Shown here: positions 11,934 through 24,400 of the stretch, in pieces
Numbering within the stretch: the first letter of the stretch is position 1
Layout of the letters: every line of letters begins with the position of its first letter
Assembly: GCA_023645945.1 (NCBI GenBank)
Contig: JALAIB010000074.1
Span: 1 to 35,370, forward strand
Direction of reading: 5' to 3'
Origin: Diploschistes diacapsis
Lineage: Eukaryota
DNA: 35,370 nt
Program-made: the position numbers and the translations under genes
Notes under the pieces: generated by a model
The model's database searches: none
The model's input: the letters and a program-made list of their open reading frames with translations, nothing else
What the model was told of the DNA's origin: nothing

Positions 11934-14878
11934 CTAACCCGCAGCGGGATTGTTCTTGCTCCTATGCCCTGTCGGCGGAACGTGCGGCACATGCGGGCTT
12001 CCGCTGCCGCTGCTCCTCCCGTCGCTTCCCTCGCGTACCATGCCGACGGCGGTCTTGCGCTTGTGCTGAGCCGGGATTGGGTCCTCGTCGTCCTCCTCGT
12101 AGCTTTCGACGTGCAGGCTGTTTCCGCTGAGGGCACTCTGCGAACGGCGGCTGCGGCCGGACATGTTGCGTGCTATGCCGTTCGTTCCCGCGCTGCCGAA
12201 GCCGCTGGCGGGAAGAACGGAATGAGACTCGGGCGTGTGGAAGGCTGCGAAACGGCTGTACCCGGTGGTGCCGTGGCAGTTGGACGCGCTCGGGTTCGTG
12301 CCTGGCAAATCACCTTCGGGAGTAATGGGCCGGCTGCCGTACTGCTGTTGAGATTGCTGTGCCTGCCGGGCCCTTTCGTTCTGCTGCTCTTGATGCAATA
12401 TGGCCATGCGCTGCGAGTTGATGGCCTGGAAGCGGATCGTAGCTTCTTGAAAGGCACGCTGGAGCGCATTGATCTGCTCCTGGTAGTGGCCTTCGATGTG
12501 CTCTCGCTGCACGCTTCTGAGGGACGGATCCAATTGGGTGCGGCGATGGTCCGGACCTGCCGTCGAGCTGAGCCTCTTGTACTGGTCAAGGAGCTTGTTC
12601 GTCCGAGCCTGCAGTCTTTCCTTCTTCTGCTTTGCAGTAATGGACTCGGCTTGCAGAGAAGTGTGATTTCGGCGGTTATCTTCTTTGGTTCGTTGAAGAT
12701 CCTCTTGGACCCTGGACTGCTCGTTGCGCGTCCGTTCCCAGCTTGACTTCTGGTCTTGCCATTCCGCTCGAGCGTCGTCCGGCACTTCTGTGAACGACTC
12801 CAATTCCTCCGTCAGCGCGGCGTGCGTGTCCTCTGCTTGACGAATGTTCTGGCTCAGTTGCAGCTGGCGGGACGTCAAGCCCTTGTCGCTGTTGGCAAGC
12901 CGAGCGAGTTTTTCTGTGAGAACGTCGAGCTCTTTTTTCAAGGCCATTACATTGGCTCTGCTGTCCTTGCGCATGCGCCGTTGTTGCGATTGGGTATCGT
13001 TCACGCTGGACTCGAAGGCGGCAATCGAAGTCTTGAGGGTCGCTACTGGAGAAGCCGGTGATGAGGGGCGCATGGTTGGGGGAACTATAGGATTCGATGG
13101 CGAAGCTGCCCGACGTTAGAGAGCGACAACTCAAAGCAGAGGCCAAGCTTACCTTGCTCGGGCGCTTGCGGAGATGGCGTGACAACGACTTCGGAATGAA
13201 GCTCGACGCCATCTCCGCATCGCGAGAAAGAAACGCGGTAGGTGCTGGCGGGCGACAGCCCGTAGACCTCGCCAACCCACTGCCGCATGGGTTGTGGTTC
13301 TTCATGGACCGAAGCTTCTTGGATCTTGACCGACGCCCAGTTGGCGCCGTTGATCCGTATATAGAAAGACTTGGTGCGGTCAATTCCGGCTTCGTCCTCA
13401 AGCTCTTCCTCCCTTCGCCCCTCGTCGCCGCTGGCATCGTGGCAGGGCATGGGCCCTGTTTCGAAGTAGAACCTGTCCTGACGTATCGCCGTAATCCAAA
13501 TCCGATTCACCTCCCCAGCAAAGGGAGCACTCCCCAAATCCTCAACCCCCTCCGCCTTAGACCCTCGTGCATCCCGGGTGGCTTGTGATTGTTCGTATTC
13601 ACGTATGATGGTAGCTTTGGTGGACGCAAACGCAGCCCAAAGCGGCTGCTGGCTCCGTACATAGGTCGCTTGCTTCCTCCTTCTTTTCCCGCTGGATATT
13701 TTATCTCTAACGTCTCGTAAATTCTGCAACGAACTTTTGGATTTCAAGATCGAAGGCGAACTGGGTGGATTGTGCGAGCTCTCCGAAGCCTCGCCTGCTC
13801 CCTGCACGTTCCCAACCGCTTCCGGGTCCATGGTTCTGGAATGCGAAGAGAAAATAGACGTGCCTCTGGAGCTATGCAGGGACCTGCGAACCATCCTCGT
13901 AAGGCCCTGGAAGAGAATATGAATCGCGACCCATATCTTGATGGTGTCCAACCATGTCCTGTTCGCACCCAGCACGTACGAAGGCCGCGGCGGCAAGTCA
14001 TCGAAAGAGTCAACCATAGGAAGCCATTTCGCCAGCCATGTCTTGTGCAGCCACCGTAAGGTAGTCTTGCGGTATCTCCCCAGGTGCGTGACGAGCACCA
14101 CCATGACCATGACGAGTATATTGTCCGAAGCACCGGCCCTGTAGTCATACCCGCCCCCCAAAGTCGTTGCTACGGTAGCTTGTGCGCAATCGAGCAGCAT
14201 GCCCTGCAGCTGCGGAAAGGGTATCAGGTACCATAGGCTGATCGCCAGGAAGTCGATGAGAACGAGGACGATGAAGGAGGGTGTGGCGGGCGAAAAGGAC
14301 GAGGTGATGTCGGTCAGGCTGGGCAGAGTGGTGAAGGAGCCCGACGGGGGGACGAAAGTCAGCATAGCGAACATGGCGTTGGTGAGGTTCAGAAAGGTCG
14401 GCGGAAGGGATAGCAGGAAGATGAGAATAGCGAGAGTGTCGCCGATAGGACAGGATCTCAGAATGGTCAACGCCAGGGACAGAGCTCCGCCTTCGGACGC
14501 GGACGCCTGCTTGGCGGAGCTGACGTCTATCCTACGATGGTGGTGCTCCCCCATTTTGACGCCGTCTGCCGAGTCGGTCCCTTCCACCTCATCCGAGACG
14601 GCCACCGTCAGATCTTTGCCCGCAGCCTGTTCGGAGACGCTTAGTGTTGACACCTTCGTGGCTGAAGCGTGGGCATTACTCGCTGTGTCGTTGGAAACGG
14701 TCAGATTTCGAGGTGCGATGGCGGGCACGGACGGGGCGTTGTCCTGGGACCGTCCATCGACGGAGCCGTTGATGTGGCCGTTTGACTTCTGCTTGGTAAC
14801 TTTCTTGTATGGGGCGACTACACCATTTTCATGCTTTGTATCACGTTGATTGGCAGGCTTTTTGGAATTGCGGCCCAT
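11934..14878 (-). CDS. acrB: Ubiquitination network signaling protein AcrB homolog, 965 aa; exons 14878-13153, 13105-11934
   Basis: The N-terminus HENG...KKVTKQKSNGH matches my recollection of Aspergillus AcrB. It has TM segments (DTLAILIFLLSLPP) and a C-terminal coiled coil. A 47-nt intron (GTAAGC..CTAAC..CAG) joins the two ORFs in frame (2898 nt). Confidence 0.85.
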
Positions 14879-15259
14879 AGAGGCGCAACGAGCTGACAAG
14901 CGTCCCAAGCCAGGCTGAAACTATGGCCAACCGTGTTACTGGAAGAAGAGGCAGAGGAAGTATGATGGAAGGGGGCAGAGAGAATGCGGAGGAAAATGCT
15001 CCAGTACGATGCTGTGGCCTAGATGTCGCGTGAAAACATAACAAGCAATAGAGTAACTTAACAGAGTGAATGTGGGAGAGGGGAAAACTGAGTTTGTGCA
15101 GAGATGCAAGTTATGTGGAGATGTGAAGTTACTAGGTAGGTACCCGGGTAGCCGCTAAGTGAGTTAGTCAGCGTGTGACAAGGGCGTTTCTGTGGGTGTG
15201 GTGAGAAACGAAGCAACCGAATCGGGATGCTTTGTGGGCGGCTCTTGGGGGGAGTTTGC

Positions 15260-15304
15260 AGTAGTAGTAGTAGTAAGTAGTAGTAGTAGTAGTAGTAATA
15301 GTAG
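15260..15304. repeat. Imperfect (AGT)n microsatellite upstream of acrB
   Basis: Run of AGT units with two interruptions, read directly from the sequence. Confidence 0.9.
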
Positions 15305-15592
15305 CCTCAGTAGCCCCCGCCAAACCCCCCACTACAGTCGTTGATTGCTCGGCATCCCACCCCCCACTGGGAAACCCGCCGTTTCTACTGCTTTGGGCAA
15401 AAACTCTTGGCATCTGGCGTCTGGAGGCTAAAAGACTAGGTGCATGTGCCCAGCCTTGTCCAACCGTTAGCACTTTGGATCAGTTCTTGCAGGCGCTCAC
15501 CCCTAGGATCATCTGAGTGAGCTAACAGTTGGTAATCTCTTAAGCCAATACACACATTTTCACTTCATCCGCTGCAAGACATTCATTCTCTA

Positions 15593-15778
15593 ACGTATTC
15601 CACTAGTCAGTGACTAACACAAGTCAGTGACTCACTTTGTACCTCTCATACAAAAATACATGTGATGGTACGTGATAATCGCGTGGGGGGCGACAGTTAA
15701 GTACCATCACATGTATTTTTGTATGAGAGATACAAGTGAGTCACTGACTTGGGTTAGTCACTGACTAGTGGAATACGT
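15593..15778. mobile_element. MITE of Tc1/mariner (pogo/Pot2-like) type, 186 bp
   Basis: Inverted arms 15593-15671 and 15701-15778 (2 mismatches, 1 indel) around a 29-bp spacer. It starts and ends with ACGT, has TA on both sides (15591-92, 15779-80), and carries AGTCAGTGACT twice per arm. Confidence 0.88.
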
Positions 15779-16041
15779 TAGCCCCCCCCCCCCCTTTTCT
15801 AATTATTCTTGGCTGCCCGTCGTTGGGTTGCATCGTATCTACGCATCTACGGAAGACAAAACTTAAAATCGATGTTCAGATGATGCTTGCTTCATAATGC
15901 TCATTACTGGTTACATGTATCTCGGAAGAGAACCTGTAAGTGATGACCTCTCAAGAATCTAGGCTTATACTACGGAGCAGCCCTATCCAAACTGGGGAAT
16001 ATTCTCTAGTATGTCTATGAGGATCTGCTAGACTCACTTTG

Positions 16042-17288
16042 CTATTGTTGGCCCACGTCTTCCGGCTGACCGCTCGACACAGAGCAGCTTTCGAGTCTTT
16101 CAATGCTGGCCTCTACATCGTGTCTCCTTGTTATCCAATATTCTCGGCTCTCCCCTTCTTTCGCTGCCGCTTTCCGGAGCACATCTTCTATCCACGGGGC
16201 CATGGCGACTTTCTTCGCAAGCCTATAGTCATACAATACAACGTCCTCCAGTATGCGGGCCGCCGGTCTTTGGTGGGTATGGGAAATCACGGAGCAGCGG
16301 AACTGGGCGCTGGTGACAGGCGCCGAAGGTGGCAGAGGAGCCAGAGAGTGGTGGAGTGAAACGCGATCAGGATATTTCAAGGGCTGAAGAGGTGTCAAAG
16401 GCTGTTAGCATGCATCAAGGTCATCGCAGTCGGGCGATCAGGCGGTGAACCGTTGGAAACTCTAGCAGCAGCAAGTGAGGGCGGACGACTTACAAAGAGG
16501 AAATCAACCATCGCGCTCTTGAGAATCAAGCCTTCGCCCTTGGGACCAAGCAGTTCGCCCCATTCTTTCCGCCTCTCTGGAGGAACATCGGATGCTAGAC
16601 GTCTGAAATACCATATCCGAGATGTCTCGGCATAGCGTAGATATTGAACATTATTTACGTGACCTGCGGGCGCGGGGACGAACCTGTCAGCGGGTCTCGA
16701 AATGGCGTTGAAGGCCTCCCGACAGGCACATACCCTGTGTCAAGTAAGCTTGAAACGTCATACTCTGGGCTTGAGTCGAAGAGCCTTCGAAGCCAAGGTG
16801 CAGATGAAAGTAGAATTAGCCGAGTGCCATACCATGCTGTCCTATCTCCTGCATCAGCGACAGTGTCCAGCTGCTGATGATAGAGGAAAGCCTACCATGC
16901 TGCCCCAAAGGACCTTCTCTTCCCAAGCCTCACCGGCTCGCTCCGCGCCAATGCAAAAACCTTCGGGGCCAGCGACCAGACCTTGCCATTCCTCGGCCAG
17001 TATACGTGCTATTCGCCCGGCTTCGCCAATCTGCGCTCCACTCAGGCCGAACATAATGCATTGCCCCAATCGTGCTTTCTGCTGAGAGAGCCATTTTGGA
17101 TTGCGGGCTGGAGGCGACGGGGAGGAATCGCTCTGGTGTCGAGAGGGGCTAGTGGTATAAGTAGCGACCAGAGTTTCGAGCGTGGACGAGCGTGCGGTAG
17201 GCTGCAATCGCCGAGGGAGCGGGCTTGGATAAGACCCGGCCAAGCGAAGAGCGTTGGATGAGAAGGGCAAGGTGGTTGCCGCGCGCAT
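16042..17288 (-). CDS. Hotdog-fold (4HBT-like) acyl-CoA thioesterase, probably mitochondrial, 304 aa; exons 17288-16896, 16841-16833, 16734, 16663-16494, 16383-16042
   Basis: The spliced product reads WGSM-DSM-G-HVNNVQYLRYAETSR, the DxxGHVNN motif, followed by GLILKS...DFLFPLKYPDRV. All four introns are GT-AG and the total is 915 nt. The N-terminus is Arg/Ser/Thr-rich and acid-poor. Confidence 0.85.
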
Positions 17289-20200
17289 TTGATTTGCGGG
17301 CAACGAGTCTGTTATCTCAAGATAATACGATGCGGTCTTTTTTGATTGAACTTTGAAAGCTCCCCGTCCACTAGGAGATACTCCAACTTTGAGAGATTCG
17401 AAATTCTATATCTGCAGGGCATGAGACCGGAGGGGGGCTCATGAGTTAACCAGCAGTAGCGTGCGGCGGTATTGAGCTAGGCTACTAGCACAAGAATGGC
17501 TTCTGCTGAGTTTGTCCGCTTAAATTTCGAACAGAGCCAATAAGAGCAGGCACTTGAAGAGAATATATGAGACTAAGCTAGTGGATGAGCACCGTCCCGG
17601 AGCTGTACTATTACTATCTGTGTCGATCCCAACTGGAATCCTTACTACAACTGACGACTCATCCTGAAAGGAAAGGAATCTCATTTTTCCGCCACACGCG
17701 CAACGTTGGCGAAGAATTCAGTTTAACATGGCAGAAGACTAATAGAAAAGAAAGTTTAGATCAGAGCCGTTGCCTCAGTTCGCTGGCAACCTGCATATCT
17801 GGGGCAAGAACACCTTTTGTCCAAAGAGCAGTATGTTTCCTGCTGCAGCGCTGTAGCAGATAAAGTGAAGTGAACACTGGGAAATCACTGAATGCAGTGT
17901 TCCGTGACTACCCCAGCAGCACCCCATCTGGACCTCAGGAACCGAATACGCAATCATGGGTATTATGGACCCTTCGCCTTGGCCCGGACTCTTTCATAGT
18001 CCTTTACAGTATCCTAGCAGCGTCAGCGGCTTCAGTGCCGTTGTGCTTGCTACCTGGTGGTACCCTCCGGCAGTTTGCTTCCGTCAAAATTTACTTTCCT
18101 ACGACCAAGGTTCAATATCTCGTTTGGGTGTATGAAGATGCCTATGTTCGTAATAAGAAGGCATCGCTTTAGAAGGCTTGCAGAAAGAGCTTTGAATACC
18201 GTTTTGAAGGGGACCTAATAGGGATATCTGTCTCCTACGCTTCGGGCTTCAGCCGGCAGCCGCCATGACTGAAAGGGAATTATAAGGTGCATAATGCTGC
18301 AAGATTAACTAGCAGTTTTTCAACAAATCTTGATACCTTCGAGCCATGTCAACAAAAGATGACCGGTGTGCATTCCTATGGAGTTAAGTTACAAAATCAA
18401 ATCTCCATCGGACCTTGTCGTATTAAGTATCATATTGAAGCACTTGGTGGTTCAACGAGAGATATTCCCTGCCCGACCCGATTGGGATTCGACGGTGCGG
18501 TGAGGCTCGTTCAAGATGGTTGGTTGGACATCCCTTATCAATATCGCCTGACCGCCCTGAACAGAGCTCAAAAGCACGACAGTCGATCACAGGCAGGACG
18601 AAGGTGTCGCCAAGGTTAGGTACAAATATACGATAGAAGAAGCGTGGCCTGGCAGGTCGGTCTCCAAGTAGATCTTGATTTCTCGAGTCTTCAACGTCCG
18701 TGGACTACAAGGTGGGCTTCAATGCGCATTGCAGTGTGCACCATGCGAGGCGAGCTTTAGCATCTGCAGGACTGGCAGCCTGCAGTATGTCGATGCAGCC
18801 AATTAAGCTTAATCAAAATGGGGGCCTCGCCGAGCCGGCATTGCATCATTTGGCATAACCTGTTTGCGAGAGAGATGTCTAATGGGAAGCAGAGTTGCTC
18901 GCTATGGTCGGGCAGTTACAGGCGCGCAAACGGCGAGTATATTTATATTTAAATAATCCGAGAGTGAGCAATCAAAGGTCAACAAATTACTCTCAATGCT
19001 TTATTATTGGGCCGGAGTGTCTTGTCCTATGTCAAGTTCGAAAGACTGGACATGAAAGGGCCAAGAAGATCGTCGAGCAAAGGGGCAGGATTATCGCCTC
19101 TGCATAGATTAGGCTTCTTGGATGTGTCACTATCTGAATATTGATAAGGACAACCGAATCGGGGCGATAAGGGAGCTCCAACAGGAAGACTGGGCATAAG
19201 ATTCATACCAAGGCCGGGTAGAATCGAGGCCATATCGCTGTCTCCTATGCCATAAAAGTGGTGGATCCCGCCATGCATAGAATCGTACAGGACCCAAGGG
19301 GTCTGAGATTGGTCATGCAGATATTTTGCTCTGACCCGCACAATAAGTACTTGCTCTTTCTTTGAATCTGCCCGTAACCACACACATTCGCAGTACCTGG
19401 GGGTTTCCGTGTAACTTGCAGATCGATCACTATAGGTATGAGACAGGGGAAATGCAAAATGGAAAATGGAAAATGGAAACCTTTTCCCCGAGACAGACAG
19501 GCGGTCCGTCGAAACAGGGCGGAGATAACAGATATAAAAGGTGGTGGAGGAGGCTTTGGAAAAAAAAGGGCTGAGAAGGGGGTTTTCGGCAACTACTTCC
19601 TCCGAGAACTTTGTTCTTTGTTCTTTGTTCTTTATTTGCCCCTCAACCCCTGCTGCTGCCCCCCTATCAGAATTTTCACTCTGCCCACTTTGCACTTCTA
19701 CAACATATTAGATACTCTGCACTATACTATCATCTCACATCTCACATCTCACATCTCACCTCTCACCTCCAGGGCTTTGTCATGAGTCATGAATCATCAT
19801 CAATCAACCAATTGTTTCCCTCATACCATCTGCCCTTGTGTGTTTGTACCATTGCTCCGATCTAGTGTTTCATCGCATCTACCATGTCCCATGTCCCTTG
19901 CCTCTAATTTCTTCTCAAGGGAGAATTCGAGAACGGCAATCATGCTTTCTACGCTGCACAGTGGGAAGGTGCCGAAGCAGGGCCGATTGGTCGGGAGATT
20001 GGCCGGCCACCTCGAGCCTCTATGTTTTTCTTTCTTTGATAAAGTGTAGAGTTGACGTCGAAGAGGGGGAAAGCAGCAATCGGCCAACAACCAAGCAGCT
20101 ACAAAAAGATAGCTCCCAGGAAACGACATGCAAATGGCGCAATGAAGAAAAACCCTAACTGCAAACCGTTTGGATTCCTTGCTTTTGATGTACCTTTGTA

Positions 20201-21490
20201 CGATGAGAACGCCACGTCGCCTAGTGAGCAGTAGTTGTCGATCTCCTTACCACGCCTTTTCCAACGATCCTCGAGGCCACTGCAGATGTTTCTCAACACA
20301 ATCGAGCCAATCCGTTTTCGCACTGACAGGCAGGGCGTTGCGGACATGTGAGGTAGTAGGGAACCGTTGAATGAGTAGTCAACGGGCAAGGATGGGGGTT
20401 GAGGGAGGTGTGGATTCCCCATTTTCGCCGCGTAACAAGATACTTTTTGACAGACACCATCTATCTCTTTGTCCGCCAGTTTTATGAAGGCGACTTGTTT
20501 TCCCTAGCGTTGGATCGTCGTTGCGATTAGGGTTATGACGAGGCCGAAGGAAAATCCTTCGTGGGGGGCGCAACCCACCATCTTCTCGTATTGCGAATTG
20601 TACCTTTCATTTTTATTCAATCTCCCTGAATTCCATTGGCATGGGGGGGGCATGGGCAGTACGAGCATTCGTATACGATGTTGACTTATTGACAAGACAA
20701 GCGAACGAGCGTTCACAAATCACGGGCTGACAAGTCTGTTTCGAAAAGCTTACCTTTGCCGTCAATGGTCGTTGACCTTTACCGGACAGTAGCTTATCCG
20801 CAACGGGGCGCTTTCCTTCAGGTTACAGGGAAGAGATCTTCAGGAACGCATCGGCTTATCATTCCGACAGGACCTCGTTCCGGGACTTGACATTATTATT
20901 ATTATTCTCGATTCTTGTTTTCTGTACTCTTCTCATATTTTTAGAAACCTGGTTCCTGCCTAACCATAGGTGAGCGTGGTTGAGCACATTACCGGTCTTA
21001 CTAGCCCTCCTCCCACTACGGTTCCTTGAACGACATCGAAGCAGAATCTTCCCGAGCCCTATCCACAGTCAGCCCCCTCCACTCTGCATGTTCCCATCCG
21101 AGGATTGTGATTACCTTTCTTTGATGCCCCCCTGCCTCTTGTTGGGGGTGGAGCCCGGGCACCCTCAAGGACCGGTTATGGATACAACTGGTTGGCGGTG
21201 CACGCCCCCTACGCAGGCAGCTAGACAAAGGATATCAGATTTTCAACATGGCTCCCGGAACGAAGCCTATCGCCACGATGGGTCTGCCCCTCGAGGAAAT
21301 GATGGGTCACCGGTTATGCCTTGATCGTGGAGAAGCCGTCCCGGCTGCCTATATCAGGATGCTGCATGCTTCTTGTTTTGTCATTCTATTTTACCTGTGC
21401 TTTTCTTAATCTACCTTCCTCTCTTTTCTCTTCTTTGCATACGTTATACATCCATGTGCGAGAGGGGTCGTCTGTTGCCCCGTGCGGAAC

Positions 21491-24400
21491 ATGATGATCT
21501 TGCTTGCTGCCTTCCTCGTTCTTTCGACCGGCGTGCTCGGTCTTGTATACGACCCCCAACAAGTGGGATGGAACTTGAACGAGAACCAAGCAGCCATCGA
21601 TCCTCTCGACTACTCGGGAGAATGGACGAACCACACTTTCAACCCTTCTCCTACTAACTGGCGCTTTCCTTTTTACATCCTGACCCTCGATCGATATGTT
21701 GATGGAGATCCCACGAACAACGAGGCGAATGGAACCCATTTCGAGCACGACCCGTTGTCGAACCAGTTCCGCTTCGGGGGAGATGCCAAGGGACTGACGA
21801 ACCATCTCGATTATATTCAAGGTTTCGGTATCAAGGTGTGTCGGGTCTCGGCACAGAAGCCTTGAGGATGTACTGACGTTGGGGGTCTGTAGGGTCTTTA
21901 CCTCTCGGGCAGTCCATTCATCAACATGCCCTGGGCAAGCGATGGCTTTGGCCCTTTGGATCTCACGCTGCTGGATCACCACCACGGCATCATCGAGGAC
22001 TGGAGGGCACTGATTACCGAAATCCATCGCAGGGGCATGTATGTGCTGCTTGACAACACAATGGCAACGCTGGGCGATCTCTTGGCTTTTGTGGGACACG
22101 AGAACGAGACCACGCCTTTCGTGTTCGACGAATACGACGTCACCTACAAAACGGATCGAGTCTATCACGACTTCCAGACGGGCTCGGTCCAGAACGACTC
22201 GTGCGTCTATCCGCGATTCTGGGGCGAAGATGGCTTCCCGCTCGGCTCCGATATCACCGACCTGATGCATTTTGGTTGCAAGGAAAGCGAGTTCGATCAA
22301 GTAAGAGCCTTGCGGTCGCGCAATTTGCGGACAACGGCTGACCCTTTTTCTTTTGTTTAGTATGGCGACATGATTGGTGTCGGGTCGGTACCTCCTGCCC
22401 AGAGCCAACTCGCAAAATTCGCCGGCGTTCAAGATCGTCTTCGGGACTGGCGGCCGGATACTCTAGCAAAACTAAAGCACTTTTCCTGTATGGAGATTTC
22501 GATGCTGGACATTGATGGTTTCCGCATGGACAAAGCTCTCCAAACAACGATAGACTCCAACGCGGAGTGGTCACAGTACGTTCGGGAATGTGCAAAGGGT
22601 TACGGCAAGGACAACTTTCTGATCACCGGCGAGTCGATCGGCGAGATGCCTTTTGGGGCCGTCTACTTTGGACGAGGAAAGCAACCTGACATGGCCTTCG
22701 ATAACCTGACCGAGGCCCAACTGGCGAGCGACACCACCAACTCGAGCACCTACATTCGCGAATTCGGGCTCAGCGCCCTGGATGGCGAAGCGTTCCATTA
22801 CCCCACGTACGGTGCGCTCACCAGATTCCTCGGCCTCGACGGCGAGATTGGACTTACTGGCATCGATTTCGTTAACCTATGGCACACGATGCTTTCGACC
22901 AACGACATGGTCAATGCCGCCACCGGTAAATTTGACCCCCGCCACATGTACGGCGTCACGAACCAAGACGTCTTCCGATGGCCCGGTCTGGCCAATGGGA
23001 CACAAAGGCAAAACCTCGGATTCTTCGTAACGATCATCGAAATGCCTGGCATTCCGATGCTGATGTGGGGCGAGGAGCAGGGGCACAAAGCTCTGGAGAA
23101 TATTGCTCCCAACTACATCTTCGGCAGGGCTCCCATGGCTTCGAGCCGCGCTTGGCAGATGCATGGCTGTTACAAGCTTGGCGCTGCCGGTAACGGCTAC
23201 TACAATCTTCCTCTCGACAGCGCGAACGAAACTTGCAGCGACGATTCGGTCAGCCTCGACCATCGAGATCCTTCTCATCCTCTTCGCAACATCCTCAAGC
23301 GAATGTACGAGATCCGACAGCAATATCCCGCCATCAACGATGGCTTTACTTTGGAAACACTGTCCACGCAGCTGGTTGATCTGCACCTGCCCGGCAGCGG
23401 CATCATCGCTACCCCGACCGGTCTCTGGAGCGTTTACAGAGGTCGCACGGAGGGAGTTCAAGATTTCACGGACGGACAAGGCAACCAAGGTGCTTGGCTG
23501 CTTATGTCAAACGACAACACTACGCGGGAGTACACATGCGACTGCGGTGCAAGCAATTCCAACGGAACCATCCTAGCGCCGTTCCCCCTTGGAACTACCG
23601 TAAAGAACTTGTTCTACCCATACGAGGAGCTCGTCTTGAATGCCTCAACGGCCAGAATGGGCATCGAGAACTCGACGGAGCTGAATGGCTGTTTACCTAA
23701 CCTGACGATGCCTGCTTGGGGATACAAAGCATTCGTTCCTGTTGACAAGTTCGTCGTGCCCGGGCCGACGATTACCAAACTGGATCCCGGTCATGATACT
23801 AGACTTCTAGCAACGGTACCTCTTGGCGAACAGCAGTCCGTTCCTTTCGAAGTTCAATTTTCCAGAGAGATGGACTGTCAGTCTGTTCTCCGAGGCATTA
23901 CGGTGGAGTCGACAACGGAGGATGGGACCACGATGCGGTTGGATGACTCTAGCGTGTCGTGCGCCTCCATGGCTGGGGCGGCATCGGATCTCATCGCAGC
24001 ACCCGTCTCGGCCTGGAGCTTCAGCGCCACGTTGACGAACGTCTCTCACGGCGTTCATACAATCATTCTCAGCAACGTGACCACGGCTGCTGCAGGGGAC
24101 TCGAACACCATCGCCGTGGATCGTTACATGTTCCGTCTGGGTGCCGCCAACAATCCAATCGTGTTCCCTTCGACTGCCAACTACACATCAGGTACGCTTC
24201 GCCAGGATCGGAACGGTTCGCTGTTCTACAACAAGACGGCGGCGGGGGCCGAGCTTTGGCGGTACTCCACAAACTGGGGCACTACCTACAGCGACTGGAT
24301 GGCCTACGATGCAGGAGAATCCCTCGTCGAGCTCCAGGCTTGGTCAGGAACCGAAGGGCAAGCCTGGTACGGAACCCACGTGATCTCTCAATATTGGGGC

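Noticed and set aside
11964..12746. 260-aa plus-strand ORF
   Set aside because: Antisense to acrB exon 2 and explained by codon bias.
16042..17288. Thioesterase as a frameshifted pseudogene
   Set aside because: Canonical splice signals around G16734 restore the frame exactly, and no other lesions were found.
19027..19695. 222-aa minus-strand ORF in the long intergenic region
   Set aside because: Non-ATG start, runs through simple repeats, and shows no domain signal.
21386..22432. 348-aa minus-strand ORF
   Set aside because: Antisense shadow of ags exons with no recognisable motifs.
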